The notes under the pieces: generated by a model
Seen by the model: only the letters and a program-made list of their open reading frames with translations
What the model was told of the DNA's origin: nothing
Database searches by the model: none
Made by a program: the position numbers and the translations under genes
From: an uncultured Clostridia bacterium
GTDB lineage: Bacteria; Bacillota; Clostridia; Monoglobales; Firm-18
Direction of reading: 5' to 3'
DNA length: 47,643 bases
Assembly (NCBI GenBank): GCA_937914775.1
Contig: CALDNB010000023.1
Coordinates: 1-47,643, forward strand
Shown here: piece after piece, positions 1 through 9,034 of the stretch
How the letters are laid out: each line of letters begins with the position of its first letter
Numbering within the stretch: position 1 is the stretch's first letter

Positions 1-375
1 CCCCGTACAATCCTTTTCACGCTCAACCCGAAGGATAACTATGTGCTCGGCACAATGCTCGGCAACTTCCAGACGAGTGAAGCACCGTCAAAGATTCAGT
101 TCGGCTCCGGTTGGTGGTTTAACGACAACCGTGACGGTATGGAAGCGCAGATGAAAGCCCTTGGCAACCTTGGTATTCTTGGTAAATTTGTGGGAATGTT
201 AACAGACTCACGAAGTTTCGTATCATACCCACGTCACGAGTATTTCAGACGAATTATGTGCAACATAATTGGCGAATGGGTTGAAAACGGCGAATATCCC
301 AACGATAAAAAATACTTAAAGGAAATCGTAGAGGGAATCAGTTACCGTAACGGGAAGGAGTATTTTAATTTCTGA
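1..375 (+). CDS. uxaC: glucuronate (uronate) isomerase, C-terminal fragment (ORF open to window edge)
   Basis: Frame 1 is open from base 1. Translation ..[55 protein letters not shown].. matches the conserved UxaC C-terminus as I recall it from E. coli. Confidence 0.85.
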   Translation, partial: PRTILFTLNPKDNYVLGTMLGNFQTSEAPSKIQFGSGWWFNDNRDGMEAQMKALGNLGILGKFVGMLTDSRSFVSYPRHEYFRRIMCNIIGEWVENGEYPNDKKYLKEIVEGISYRNGKEYFNF

Positions 376-1580
376 TGGATAAACTTACCGATAAAAAACA
401 AATTAATGGTATCATTAATTTGTTTATGTTTATTTATTTAATAAGTTACATAACGAGGATTAATTACGGTGCAATTATTGTTGAAATGGAAAAGACTACA
501 GGATTTTCCAAGTCAGTGTTATCTCTGGCTTTAACGGGAAGTTCTGTGGCTTACGGAACAGGTCAGATTATAAGCGGTATATGCGGAGACAGATTTCAGC
601 CAAAAGCCCTTGTTTCTTTTGGGGTGTTGGTTGCATCACTTATGAATATAATAATTCCGTTTTGTCCATCACCTTATTTAATGACTTTAGTGTGGTGCGT
701 AAACGGTTTTGCACAATCCTTCTTATGGCCTCCGCTTGTTAAATTATCAACCACACTTTTATCTGCCGATGATTACAAAGTGGCTTCGGTAAAAATTTCC
801 TGGGGCAGTTCCTTTGGCACAATTGTTGTATATCTTCTTGCTCCACTCATTATTACTGTTGCAGGTTGGAAAGTTGTTTTCTGGTTCAGCGCATTTTGTG
901 CACTGGCAATGCTTATTGTATGGAATAAAAAGTGCCCAAATATTCCTGTTTATAAAGCAGAAGAAACTGTCGGCGAAAAAAAGAGCATCGCTGTTTTGTT
1001 TACACCTATGATGCTTTTTGTAATGCTGGTAATTGTTTTGCAGGGTGCTTTAAGAGATGGTGTTACTACCTGGATGCCGTCATATATTTCCGAAACTTAT
1101 AGCCTTGGCAGTAAAATATCTATATTAACAGGGGTAGTGTTGCCTGTGTTCAGTATTTTCTGCTATAAAATTGTGCAAAAATTGTATCAGTCAAAACTTA
1201 AAAATCCCATTACCTGTGCAGGTACGGTTTTCGGAGTAGGTGCAATCGCTTCTGTTGTCCTTATTTTTGTTACGGGGCAGAATGCAGTAATGTCAGTGGT
1301 GTTCTCCGCATTACTTGCAGGTTCTATGCACGGCGTCAACCTTATTTTAATATGTATGTTGCCTCCGTTTTTTGAAAAGTACGGAAACGTTTCAACCGTT
1401 TCAGGTGTGCTTAATGCCTGTACTTATGTAGGTAGCGCAGTTTCAACTTATGGAATAGCATCAATTTCTGAGAATATGGGCTGGAATACAACAATTCTGC
1501 TTTGGTGTGCCGTTGCAGTTTTGGGTACTGCAATATGCTTTGCAGTAGTCCCTGCCTGGCGAAAATTTGAGAAAAAATAA
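375..1580 (+). CDS. MFS-type transporter (about 12 hydrophobic segments)
   Basis: 401-aa ORF that is hydrophobic throughout. Its ATG overlaps the uxaC TGA by 1 nt. The context suggests a sugar-acid permease, but the substrate cannot be called. Confidence 0.75.
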   Translation: MDKLTDKKQINGIINLFMFIYLISYITRINYGAIIVEMEKTTGFSKSVLSLALTGSSVAYGTGQIISGICGDRFQPKALVSFGVLVASLMNIIIPFCPSPYLMTLVWCVNGFAQSFLWPPLVKLSTTLLSADDYKVASVKISWGSSFGTIVVYLLAPLIITVAGWKVVFWFSAFCALAMLIVWNKKCPNIPVYKAEETVGEKKSIAVLFTPMMLFVMLVIVLQGALRDGVTTWMPSYISETYSLGSKISILTGVVLPVFSIFCYKIVQKLYQSKLKNPITCAGTVFGVGAIASVVLIFVTGQNAVMSVVFSALLAGSMHGVNLILICMLPPFFEKYGNVSTVSGVLNACTYVGSAVSTYGIASISENMGWNTTILLWCAVAVLGTAICFAVVPAWRKFEKK

Positions 1581-1582
1581 TT

Positions 1583-1620
1583 AAAAACCCTCGTAATACT
1601 CCAGTATTACGGGGTTTTGT
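1583..1620 (+). terminator. rho-independent terminator after the MFS gene
   Basis: AAAACCCTCGTAATACT-CC-AGTATTACGGGGTTTT hairpin with a T-tract. Confidence 0.6.
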
Positions 1621-1622
1621 TT

Positions 1623-1675
1623 CACTGTCCGTTTTAATACCCACTTAATTTGATATAATGATTACAATGAAAGAG
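1623..1675 (+). promoter_or_regulatory. conserved promoter/operator element, copy A (extended -10 TGATATAAT at 1651-1659)
   Basis: CACTGTCCGTTTTAATACCCAC(T)TAATTTG is shared with 6099-6128 (29 of 30 identical). Similarity continues to AAAGAG. Confidence 0.5.
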
Positions 1676-1700
1676 TTTGAAAAGTGAGGTGCGTATTATT

Positions 1701-2834
1701 ATGAATGACAAAGAAAAACAATTTGATATTTTTACTAATTATACTTTTTCTGGGAAAGAATGGTCAGCTCCAACCTTGAAGTATGCTGTGGAAATCAAAA
1801 AAGAACTTGAAAAAATGCAGTTGGTTGGAAGGCGAATTAAAAAGATGAAAATGATAGGCTTGAGTTACTATCTGACGCGAGATTGGATCGAAAGTGCTGC
1901 GTATAGAAAACTTTCTCATTTACCCGAGGATGAGCGACAGAAGATGTCTGATTATAAAAACATTTCGCCAGATATGAAATTTTCAAGATATTCAGAAATT
2001 GACGAACCGTTTCTAATCGAATTTGATGACGGTGATGTTTTTGAAATTGATACTCCTCAAGATCCATGTTATCGTTTTTCAATGAATTGCATTCCTTGGC
2101 ATACAGATGCGGGGACGAATCTTCCTAACGCTGATGCAAATAAACTTTTTTCTGTATGCATTGGCAATAAAATTGAAGAAATTGAAGTTTGCGAATATAC
2201 GGATGGATATGAGGCAGAAAAAGGATTTGTATCAAGAATTGTCTTCTGGTTGGAAAATGGTATAGGGTTGTGCATACATCCTGTGTTTGATTATTGTAGA
2301 GTTTCTTGTATTGATAAAAATAATGAAGATGTATTAATTACATTCAAAGAGTTAAAAGATGCTTTGTTCAATTACGAAGATCTTCATACAGATGATACAT
2401 TCAGTTTTGAAGGAAGTAACACATTATACTTTGGTGAAAAAGGAGCAGAACATACGGAAACACCATATATGTCGTTAGTGCCTTCTGAAAAGGGTACATC
2501 ACTTCATATTTCTGTTGATGATTTTGACTTGTTTAGATGGAGTATGACAATTGCTTTAAAAGAAGATTTTGATGAATATAGCGACTATAGTTTACCTTAT
2601 AATCAATGGAACAAAGTTTTGGTTGTGGCAAAAAATATTCTTGATTTCAAATCGTTTGATGATTTATTTGATTATATTGTTGCACAAATAGATAATGGTT
2701 TGTGGTATTTGAACAATCATGGTGCAGAGTTCTGGAAGAATAAAGTAAAGTACGAAACGCAATTATCGGATGTATCAAAATGGTCTGAATTAGCATTAGG
2801 TAAAGATGATGTTTTAAACATCTATGGGTTTTAG
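1701..2834 (+). CDS. hypothetical protein (377 aa from ATG 1701; the track ORF starts at TTG 1677)
   Basis: Long ORF with GAGGTG 9 nt upstream of ATG 1701. I recognise no motif. Confidence 0.6.
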   Translation: MNDKEKQFDIFTNYTFSGKEWSAPTLKYAVEIKKELEKMQLVGRRIKKMKMIGLSYYLTRDWIESAAYRKLSHLPEDERQKMSDYKNISPDMKFSRYSEIDEPFLIEFDDGDVFEIDTPQDPCYRFSMNCIPWHTDAGTNLPNADANKLFSVCIGNKIEEIEVCEYTDGYEAEKGFVSRIVFWLENGIGLCIHPVFDYCRVSCIDKNNEDVLITFKELKDALFNYEDLHTDDTFSFEGSNTLYFGEKGAEHTETPYMSLVPSEKGTSLHISVDDFDLFRWSMTIALKEDFDEYSDYSLPYNQWNKVLVVAKNILDFKSFDDLFDYIVAQIDNGLWYLNNHGAEFWKNKVKYETQLSDVSKWSELALGKDDVLNIYGF

Positions 2835-2843
2835 GAGGTTACT

Positions 2844-5800
2844 ATGAAACAATATGATTTGATTAAACTTCTTGGTGATGCATTTGCATTAGGCAATGTT
2901 GATGAACTTATTACCCATATGGCTGATGACTGTAAATATTTTTCTGAATATGCAAATAAAAGTTTTTGTTCTGCTGACGAAATTGCAGAAAGAATGAAAT
3001 ATGTAGATTCACAACTGGATGAAACAAATTCCTACTCTTACGAGATTGTAAAACTTGATAGTATCACAAATTTTTCAGATGCAGAGAAACTGTTTGTCAC
3101 TGAGAAAAAAACTTTGTTGTGTAAATATGGAATGTATTTATATCAATCCAGTAAGGTACATCCCGTTGCAATAGTTGTTGCAGTTATCAATCGCAAGAAG
3201 AAAATATGCAACATTACGCTTTCGAGGAATAAAAAACTGTTTGATATTGAATTTTATGGAGAAAAAATTGAAAAAGATTCTCCGTTTGATAAACCCGATA
3301 CTGTAAAGCCGTTAACACGACACAATCGTCAGGTAAAAGAAATGCAAGGAGTTTTTTCGGGACAACATCTTGAAGAAAAAGCATATTCTGATGACGAAGT
3401 GTACATATGGCGAAAATCTGATGAGTTTTTTAAGAAATGGCTTGATAACAATGGATACTATGTGCAGGAAACAGATGTTTTAGATGATTGTATAGGATAT
3501 CTGTGTAATCGAAACGGTTTCGAATATGCCGTATATATGTACGCATACGGAAAAGAGAGGACTACACAGCTTGACGGGGAATATTGCAGTAAGTTAAGGA
3601 ATCATCCCTATGCGAAAAACAGAACTGTTTTAATGGTTTATCTTAGAGTAAAGCGTTTTATGAATGGCGATGAAGTGGCATATGGTGTCTATAGTTATGG
3701 CGACAATGAAGATAAAAACATAGAATTATGGCGTTTGGGAGAAGTAAATGGAAAGTCAATTATCGAATACTATCCAAGAAAAGAAATGGTTGACCGTACT
3801 TATGAACTTATGTATGCTTTTAATCATGCCTCTCTTGATGTGTATGATGACATTATTTGCAAAAGCAATCCGTATTTTAATGGTTACAATTCACAAGGTA
3901 TTACTTTAAACAGTGCTTTCTATTATAACCTGCAGAAATTGCATAAAAAATATGGCGATATGAAAATTGGTTATGTCCGCTACAATGATGTGGTATATAG
4001 CAAAGTGCCGTATCTTGATGATTATGGATTTTTTGGTTTTATTGTAGACAAGGAAAATCGCATCTCGCAAGTTTATACTTGTCCATTTGACGGAGGAGAA
4101 AAACCTGTTGCAGAATTCATAAAAACAGAAATACGAGAAAACGAAGAAATGTATTCTCGTTTTCCAAAGTTGGTTAATATAGAACCGATATTGCCGGTTA
4201 TGTATGAGCGTTTTGCCTTAAAACTTATGTTTGATAACGGAGAATGTAAAAAATATGTTCTTCCGGTTAATGCTGAAAACGAGAATGATGAAGTTGTTAA
4301 ATATTGTAATCACGTATTTACGGATAAAATATGGAATTCTGCTGAAATTGTATCTTCTGTAGAAAGTGAATACGGCTATTACCCTTTACGAGGACAAGCA
4401 ATTACGTTTAAAAACGGTTTTTCTTTATCGACGCATTATTGCTATCAGAACAGCAAGGAGTATCAGGAACCAGTGATTTGCAACGATACAGTTTACGAAG
4501 ATGACGAAATAAAAATAAACAGACTGTGGAAATGGAAAGCAAATTCAATACATCAGGACGAGGAAACAGGTATTATCAAGGCGCTTCTTAAGGGTTTCGC
4601 ATTTAATTTTGAAGGAGTTTCTACTTTTGCAACTTTAGAAGGTTCCCGTTTGACAAGCCATGATTTTGATTATATAGACAGTTTCAAGGAAGGCTTGGCT
4701 GTAGTTGGAATTCAAGGGCGTGGATATGGCTATATAGATACATCAGGAAAAATTGCGATTCCTGCAATATACGAAAATGCAGATAAATTTCATAACGGCA
4801 TGGCGATGGTTAAGAAAGACGGGAAATGGTATTATATAGATAAGTCAGGGAATGAAACTTCGATAGAATCTGCCTTCGGTGAAAGGTATCAAGAAGTTGG
4901 TGAATTCTGCGAGGGTTTGTGCAAGGTTTCTACATTAAAACTTGGATTTATGGATTTGGCATATCATTCTGACTATTCAGAAATCGCCGGAACATGGGGA
5001 TATGTTGACGAAAACGGCACCGAGATTATTTCGCCTCAATACATTTATGCAAATGATTTTAATGATGGTGTTGCAATTGTATGTAAAGGGAAATGGACTC
5101 GTGATGAAAAATGGAACAACAAGTATAATTCCGGGCGTTACTGGACTGAAGAAGAACTTTGGGGTGCTATTGACAAAACCGGAAAAGAAGTTATTCCATG
5201 TGTTTTTGATGAAATCAGGGAACTTTGGGATACGACAGATATATTCGTTGCACATTCCGGCGGATGGGAAAATGGTAAATGGGGAGTTATTGACAAGAAT
5301 GGTAGATGGCTTGTTGAACCTATTTTCGAAGATATTGGATATGAATATAAAAATGGCTTATTTTCATTTTATGCAGATGATAAATGGAGCGACGATGTGT
5401 CGTTAGGAATCTATGATATTGTTCAACAAAAAGTATTATTTGAACCTCAATTTTTGGATGTGGACTTTATGGATGATGGCAACATCAAGGTTGAAATTTA
5501 CGATAAATCCCTTAATAGAAACATAGCAAAGATTATCAATCGAAACGGAGAAGAGTTGTTTCCGTCTGTCTATTCTTCTATTTATACATGGAGGGAACCG
5601 TACGAAGTTGTCATAAGGGATGAGAATGGTTCCAGACATGGTTTAATTGATAAACAAGGTAATGTAATTCTTCCGTGCAAATATGATTTATCGTGGAATG
5701 GTATTCACTACGATAAAAAACTCATGGTATATGAAAGTGATAAAAAGCAAGGCCTTATTGATTTTAATGATAATATTGTAGTGCCCGCCATATATCATGA

Positions 5801-5996
5801 GATACATGGAGTGGATAATCCGTTATTAACAGTTCGCGACGGAGATAAGGATAATTATCTTGAAGGATTGATAAAGCACAATGGGGATAAGGTTGTTGAA
5901 GCAAAATATAAACGAATTTCGTGGTGCGATAATAATTATCTTTTATGTTCTTTTGACGGAGAATGTGAAGTTTTGCAATATGTAAAAAAGAATTAA
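2844..5996 (+). CDS. 1050-aa protein with C-terminal WG/KWG-type repeats; N-terminal ~600 aa unassigned
   Basis: RBS AGGAGG precedes the start. From about aa 620 there are repeated motifs: WGYVDENGTEIISPQY, WGAIDKTGKEVIPCVF, WGVIDKNGRWLVEPIF, GLIDKQGNVILPCKY. Confidence 0.75.
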   Translation: MKQYDLIKLLGDAFALGNVDELITHMADDCKYFSEYANKSFCSADEIAERMKYVDSQLDETNSYSYEIVKLDSITNFSDAEKLFVTEKKTLLCKYGMYLYQSSKVHPVAIVVAVINRKKKICNITLSRNKKLFDIEFYGEKIEKDSPFDKPDTVKPLTRHNRQVKEMQGVFSGQHLEEKAYSDDEVYIWRKSDEFFKKWLDNNGYYVQETDVLDDCIGYLCNRNGFEYAVYMYAYGKERTTQLDGEYCSKLRNHPYAKNRTVLMVYLRVKRFMNGDEVAYGVYSYGDNEDKNIELWRLGEVNGKSIIEYYPRKEMVDRTYELMYAFNHASLDVYDDIICKSNPYFNGYNSQGITLNSAFYYNLQKLHKKYGDMKIGYVRYNDVVYSKVPYLDDYGFFGFIVDKENRISQVYTCPFDGGEKPVAEFIKTEIRENEEMYSRFPKLVNIEPILPVMYERFALKLMFDNGECKKYVLPVNAENENDEVVKYCNHVFTDKIWNSAEIVSSVESEYGYYPLRGQAITFKNGFSLSTHYCYQNSKEYQEPVICNDTVYEDDEIKINRLWKWKANSIHQDEETGIIKALLKGFAFNFEGVSTFATLEGSRLTSHDFDYIDSFKEGLAVVGIQGRGYGYIDTSGKIAIPAIYENADKFHNGMAMVKKDGKWYYIDKSGNETSIESAFGERYQEVGEFCEGLCKVSTLKLGFMDLAYHSDYSEIAGTWGYVDENGTEIISPQYIYANDFNDGVAIVCKGKWTRDEKWNNKYNSGRYWTEEELWGAIDKTGKEVIPCVFDEIRELWDTTDIFVAHSGGWENGKWGVIDKNGRWLVEPIFEDIGYEYKNGLFSFYADDKWSDDVSLGIYDIVQQKVLFEPQFLDVDFMDDGNIKVEIYDKSLNRNIAKIINRNGEELFPSVYSSIYTWREPYEVVIRDENGSRHGLIDKQGNVILPCKYDLSWNGIHYDKKLMVYESDKKQGLIDFNDNIVVPAIYHEIHGVDNPLLTVRDGDKDNYLEGLIKHNGDKVVEAKYKRISWCDNNYLLCSFDGECEVLQYVKKN

Positions 5997-6014
5997 CAGC
6001 ATAAGTAAAAAACG

Positions 6015-6053
6015 AAAAAGCGGTCTGGAAGTTATCTTTCGGACCGCTTTTTA
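6015..6053 (+). terminator. rho-independent terminator after the WG-repeat gene
   Basis: AAAAGCGGTCTGG..loop..CGGACCGCTTTTT. Confidence 0.65.
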
Positions 6054-6060
6054 ATATGTA

Positions 6061-6089
6061 TTGATTTAATAAATATATTATGCTATACT
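6061..6089 (+). promoter_or_regulatory. sigma-A-type promoter TTGATT-17-TATACT with TGn
   Basis: TTGATT (6061-6066), 17-nt spacer ending in TGC, TATACT (6084-6089). Confidence 0.55.
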
Positions 6090-6098
6090 TTGATTAAA

Positions 6099-6147
6099 CA
6101 CTGTCCGTTTTAATACCCACCTAATTTGTTAGAATAAGTATAAAGAG
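6099..6147 (+). promoter_or_regulatory. conserved promoter/operator element, copy B (TGTTAGAAT extended -10-like)
   Basis: CACTGTCCGTTTTAATACCCAC(C)TAATTTG is near-identical to 1623-1652. Confidence 0.5.
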
Positions 6148-6167
6148 AAGAACGGGGGTTAAAACGT

Positions 6168-6986
6168 ATGAAAAAATATCCAATCGGCTTTAATACAAAA
6201 ACAGATATAGTGGTTGAAAAAGTAATACCTGCTACACCTGAGTCTGTGGAAATCAATCCGCGAAAATCGATTGTCAGGGTGTATTTTCCTCACAGAGATA
6301 TGGGCTGGTCATATTATAATGACAGTTTTGACTTGAAGGTTGGAGACTTTGTTTATGTGGAAGGTAAGATGGAAGGCATCCGCGGACAGGTTACCGAGGT
6401 TAACTACTGTTTTAAGATTAAGCCTTCTGATTATATGAGGGTTATTGCCCTTGTTGATGCCAATGTAAAAGGTGACTTCTACCTTGCGGGGTCACATGTT
6501 GTAAGTTTCGACAAAGGGGCAATTCCTTTTTCAAAAGTTCTTACATGGTTTAAGGCACCTGAAAATTATGAGGAATATGTAAGCGGTAATGATGATACAA
6601 ACAGATTCCCGCTTGATGATTTGTCAAAGATGAAAATATCTCACGATGCCGCTGACCGTGGACACGACTATTATATCGAAAACAGAGTCGGTTTTGTTGA
6701 GATAGACGGTACTCGTGGTCACGCCATTGTTGAAGGCAACGAGAATTACGAAATAGAATTTGATTACATAGAGGGTGAAATCTCAAACCTCAAATGTTCT
6801 TGCTTCTGCAGCGGCGCTTGCAAACACGAATTTGCTGCAATGCTCCAGCTTAAAGAATCCCTTGAACTCATAACCGAAAACTATGAGGATGAATATAACG
6901 GCTACTTTGCAATCATCAGCAAGGGTGTGTTTATGAATACGGTTATGAACAAAAAAGTATCAGGTAAAATCAGTCTGGGGGTGTAA
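6168..6986 (+). CDS. SWIM zinc-finger protein
   Basis: CxCxnCxH signature CSCFCSGACKHEF near aa 209-221. RBS GGGGG. Confidence 0.7.
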   Translation: MKKYPIGFNTKTDIVVEKVIPATPESVEINPRKSIVRVYFPHRDMGWSYYNDSFDLKVGDFVYVEGKMEGIRGQVTEVNYCFKIKPSDYMRVIALVDANVKGDFYLAGSHVVSFDKGAIPFSKVLTWFKAPENYEEYVSGNDDTNRFPLDDLSKMKISHDAADRGHDYYIENRVGFVEIDGTRGHAIVEGNENYEIEFDYIEGEISNLKCSCFCSGACKHEFAAMLQLKESLELITENYEDEYNGYFAIISKGVFMNTVMNKKVSGKISLGV

Positions 6987-6989
6987 ATT

Positions 6990-7130
6990 ATGGTTTATGA
7001 TTGGAATCAGAATGGAAAACAGGATTTTTACGACAGTTATATGGATTATATGGCATCTCATTCAATGAGTGGTGACGAAGAAGATTATAATGAATATAAT
7101 GAGTACGTTGATGAAACTGAAGAGGAATAA
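6990..7130 (+). CDS. 46-aa hyper-acidic, Tyr-rich peptide (not in the ORF track)
   Basis: MVYDWNQNGKQDFYDSYMDYMASHSMSGDEEDYNEYNEYVDETEEE. GGGGGTG lies 8 nt upstream. The ORF fills the gap between the SWIM and WYL genes. Confidence 0.4.
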   Translation: MVYDWNQNGKQDFYDSYMDYMASHSMSGDEEDYNEYNEYVDETEEE

Positions 7131-7150
7131 AAAATTAAGGAAGTTATTTT

Positions 7151-8131
7151 ATGAAATTATCACATCAAAAACTTAAAATGATGTATCTGGCTAAGATACT
7201 GTTGGACAAAACTGACGAGGAGCACACAATTACTGTGCCTGAAATGATTGCAGAACTTGCAAAACTGGGTATTTCTGCAGAACGAAAAAGTATTTATGAT
7301 GATTTGGAATACTTGCAATTATACGGTCTTGATATCTGCTCAAATAAAACACGTACAACCAACTACTATGTTGCAAGTCGTGACTTTGAACTGCCCGAAC
7401 TGAAACTTCTGGTCGACAGTGTTCAGGCATCAAAGTTCATTACCCGCAAAAAGAGTATGGAACTGATTTCGAAAATTGAGAAGTTAACCAGTCACGAGAA
7501 CGCCAAAAAACTGCAAAGACAGGTTTTTATAACAAACCGTGTAAAAACCCTTAATGAGCAGATTTACTATAACGTTGATAAAATTCACGAGGCAATTGCG
7601 GCAAATAAACAGATTACTTTTAAGTATTTTAATCTTGATGTAAATAAGAAGAAGGTGTACCGTAAAGACGGTGGACTATATACGGAATCGCCCGTTTCAC
7701 TTACCTGGGATGATGAAAATTATTATCTAATTACATACAAGGAAAAGTATGACAACTACACCCATTACCGCGTTGACAAAATGGAAAATATTGAACTTAT
7801 GGAAGAGGACAGAGTTTTGTCAGACAAGCCCTTTGATTTGTCACACTATTCAAAGACAATGTTTCAGATGTTTAGCGGTGAAGAAACAGATGTTTCCATA
7901 GAGTTTGACAACAAACTTGTAGGAGTTGTGTTTGACAGATTCGGTATAGATATCCCCATTGTGAAATCAGACGAAGACCATTTCATCTATCGCGTTAAAG
8001 TTGCCGTTAGTCCGCAATTCCTGTCGTGGGTAATGAGTTTTGGAAAACAGGCAAAAATTATATCTCCCGATTATGTGGTAGAAGAGATGTATCAACTGGC
8101 ACGGGATATAATTGAAATTTATGAAAAATAG
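7151..8131 (+). CDS. HTH-WYL domain transcriptional regulator (BrxR/CapW/PafBC-like architecture)
   Basis: N-terminal winged HTH (TITVPEMIAELAKLGISAERKSIYDDLEYL) and a central WYL-type segment (WDDENYYLITYKEKYDNYTHYRVDKMENIE). Confidence 0.75.
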   Translation: MKLSHQKLKMMYLAKILLDKTDEEHTITVPEMIAELAKLGISAERKSIYDDLEYLQLYGLDICSNKTRTTNYYVASRDFELPELKLLVDSVQASKFITRKKSMELISKIEKLTSHENAKKLQRQVFITNRVKTLNEQIYYNVDKIHEAIAANKQITFKYFNLDVNKKKVYRKDGGLYTESPVSLTWDDENYYLITYKEKYDNYTHYRVDKMENIELMEEDRVLSDKPFDLSHYSKTMFQMFSGEETDVSIEFDNKLVGVVFDRFGIDIPIVKSDEDHFIYRVKVAVSPQFLSWVMSFGKQAKIISPDYVVEEMYQLARDIIEIYEK

Positions 8132-8150
8132 GTTTGATACGACGGCTAAC

Positions 8151-8831
8151 TTACTTATTTTGTCTTATTTTCATTTTTTGCCAGTTGATAAAGCCGTAAA
8201 TGTCATTAAAAAGAAATGCAACAAAGCAGAACACAACTGAAATGTATCGGATGTTATAAAAACTTGCTAGTATCCATAGAATTATCAGCACAATGTCATT
8301 TAGGGCATAGGCGATGGCAAAGTACGGACTTCTTCTGAAAGTAAGGTAAACGGCCACGAAACTGGTGGTAACAGAAAGTGTGCTCGGGATAACATTTGCC
8401 GTGCCGAAGTAAGTTAATATAAAGTAAAAGACAACTGTAACGACAATAGTTATTATCCACATAAAGGCGTGTTCTTTTTTGGAGACAGAATTAACTTTAA
8501 CCTCTGATTTATTTCCGTTATAGGGGTTTTTGAGCCAGGATACAAGTGCAAAAACTGCCATAGGCATTGTCATTCCAAGATAGGTTATCATTTCTCCGTA
8601 ATATGAAAAGGTATAGGAAATTATTCCGTACAGTAAACTGAATATTACCATTAAAAGTTGCCCGAAAGGATTACCTTTTGCATTAAATATAAGTGAGGTT
8701 ACGCCAATAAGCGATGCACATAGCACCAGATAGCTTTCTTTATCAAAAATGCAGAAGGAACCAATGATAAGAACAACGGAAGATAACCACAGAATTTTTT
8801 CGGTTTTTGAAAAGTATTTTGATTTAATCAT
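8151..8831 (-). CDS. pnuC: PnuC-family nicotinamide riboside (vitamin) transporter
   Basis: 226 aa, about 7 TM segments. Both PnuC repeat signatures are present: ..NAKGNPFGQLLMVIFSLLYGIISY..VSWLKN and ..ALNDIVLIILW..FNDIYGFINWQK. Confidence 0.8.
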   Translation of the reverse strand: MIKSKYFSKTEKILWLSSVVLIIGSFCIFDKESYLVLCASLIGVTSLIFNAKGNPFGQLLMVIFSLLYGIISYTFSYYGEMITYLGMTMPMAVFALVSWLKNPYNGNKSEVKVNSVSKKEHAFMWIITIVVTVVFYFILTYFGTANVIPSTLSVTTSFVAVYLTFRRSPYFAIAYALNDIVLIILWILASFYNIRYISVVFCFVAFLFNDIYGFINWQKMKIRQNK

Positions 8832-8948
8832 AACAAGCCCCCTAAAAAAATAAACATCCGAAAGTATATCTTCAAAGACCTAACGATATACCAACGAATG
8901 CTTTACGCACTCACTACCCGGTGGCAGTGTGATTATTTTATTAATTAT

Positions 8949-8977
8949 ATTTTAGCATAGCGAACTAAAAAAAGCAA
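8949..8977 (-). promoter_or_regulatory. candidate pnuC promoter TTGCTT-17-TAAAAT with TGn
   Basis: Minus strand reads TTGCTT(8977-8972), 17 nt, TGCTAAAAT. A ~115-nt leader lies between it and the ATG. Confidence 0.45.
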
Positions 8978-8984
8978 TAACTTT

Positions 8985-9026
8985 TTGACATCATTTTGAC
9001 ATCAGGAAGGAAACAAAATATGTCAA
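8985..9026. repeat. TTGACATCA repeats outside attL (two direct, one inverted TTGACATA)
   Basis: CTTTTTGACATCATTTTGACATCA (8981-9004) is near-identical to 44951-44975 inside the prophage right arm. Confidence 0.6.
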
Positions 9027-9034
9027 ATTTCGGC

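Noticed and set aside
814-2275. Internal and antisense small ORFs (814-1011, 1411-1644, 1837-2082, 2069-2275)
   Set aside because: They are nested within, or antisense to, long well-supported ORFs and have no RBS.
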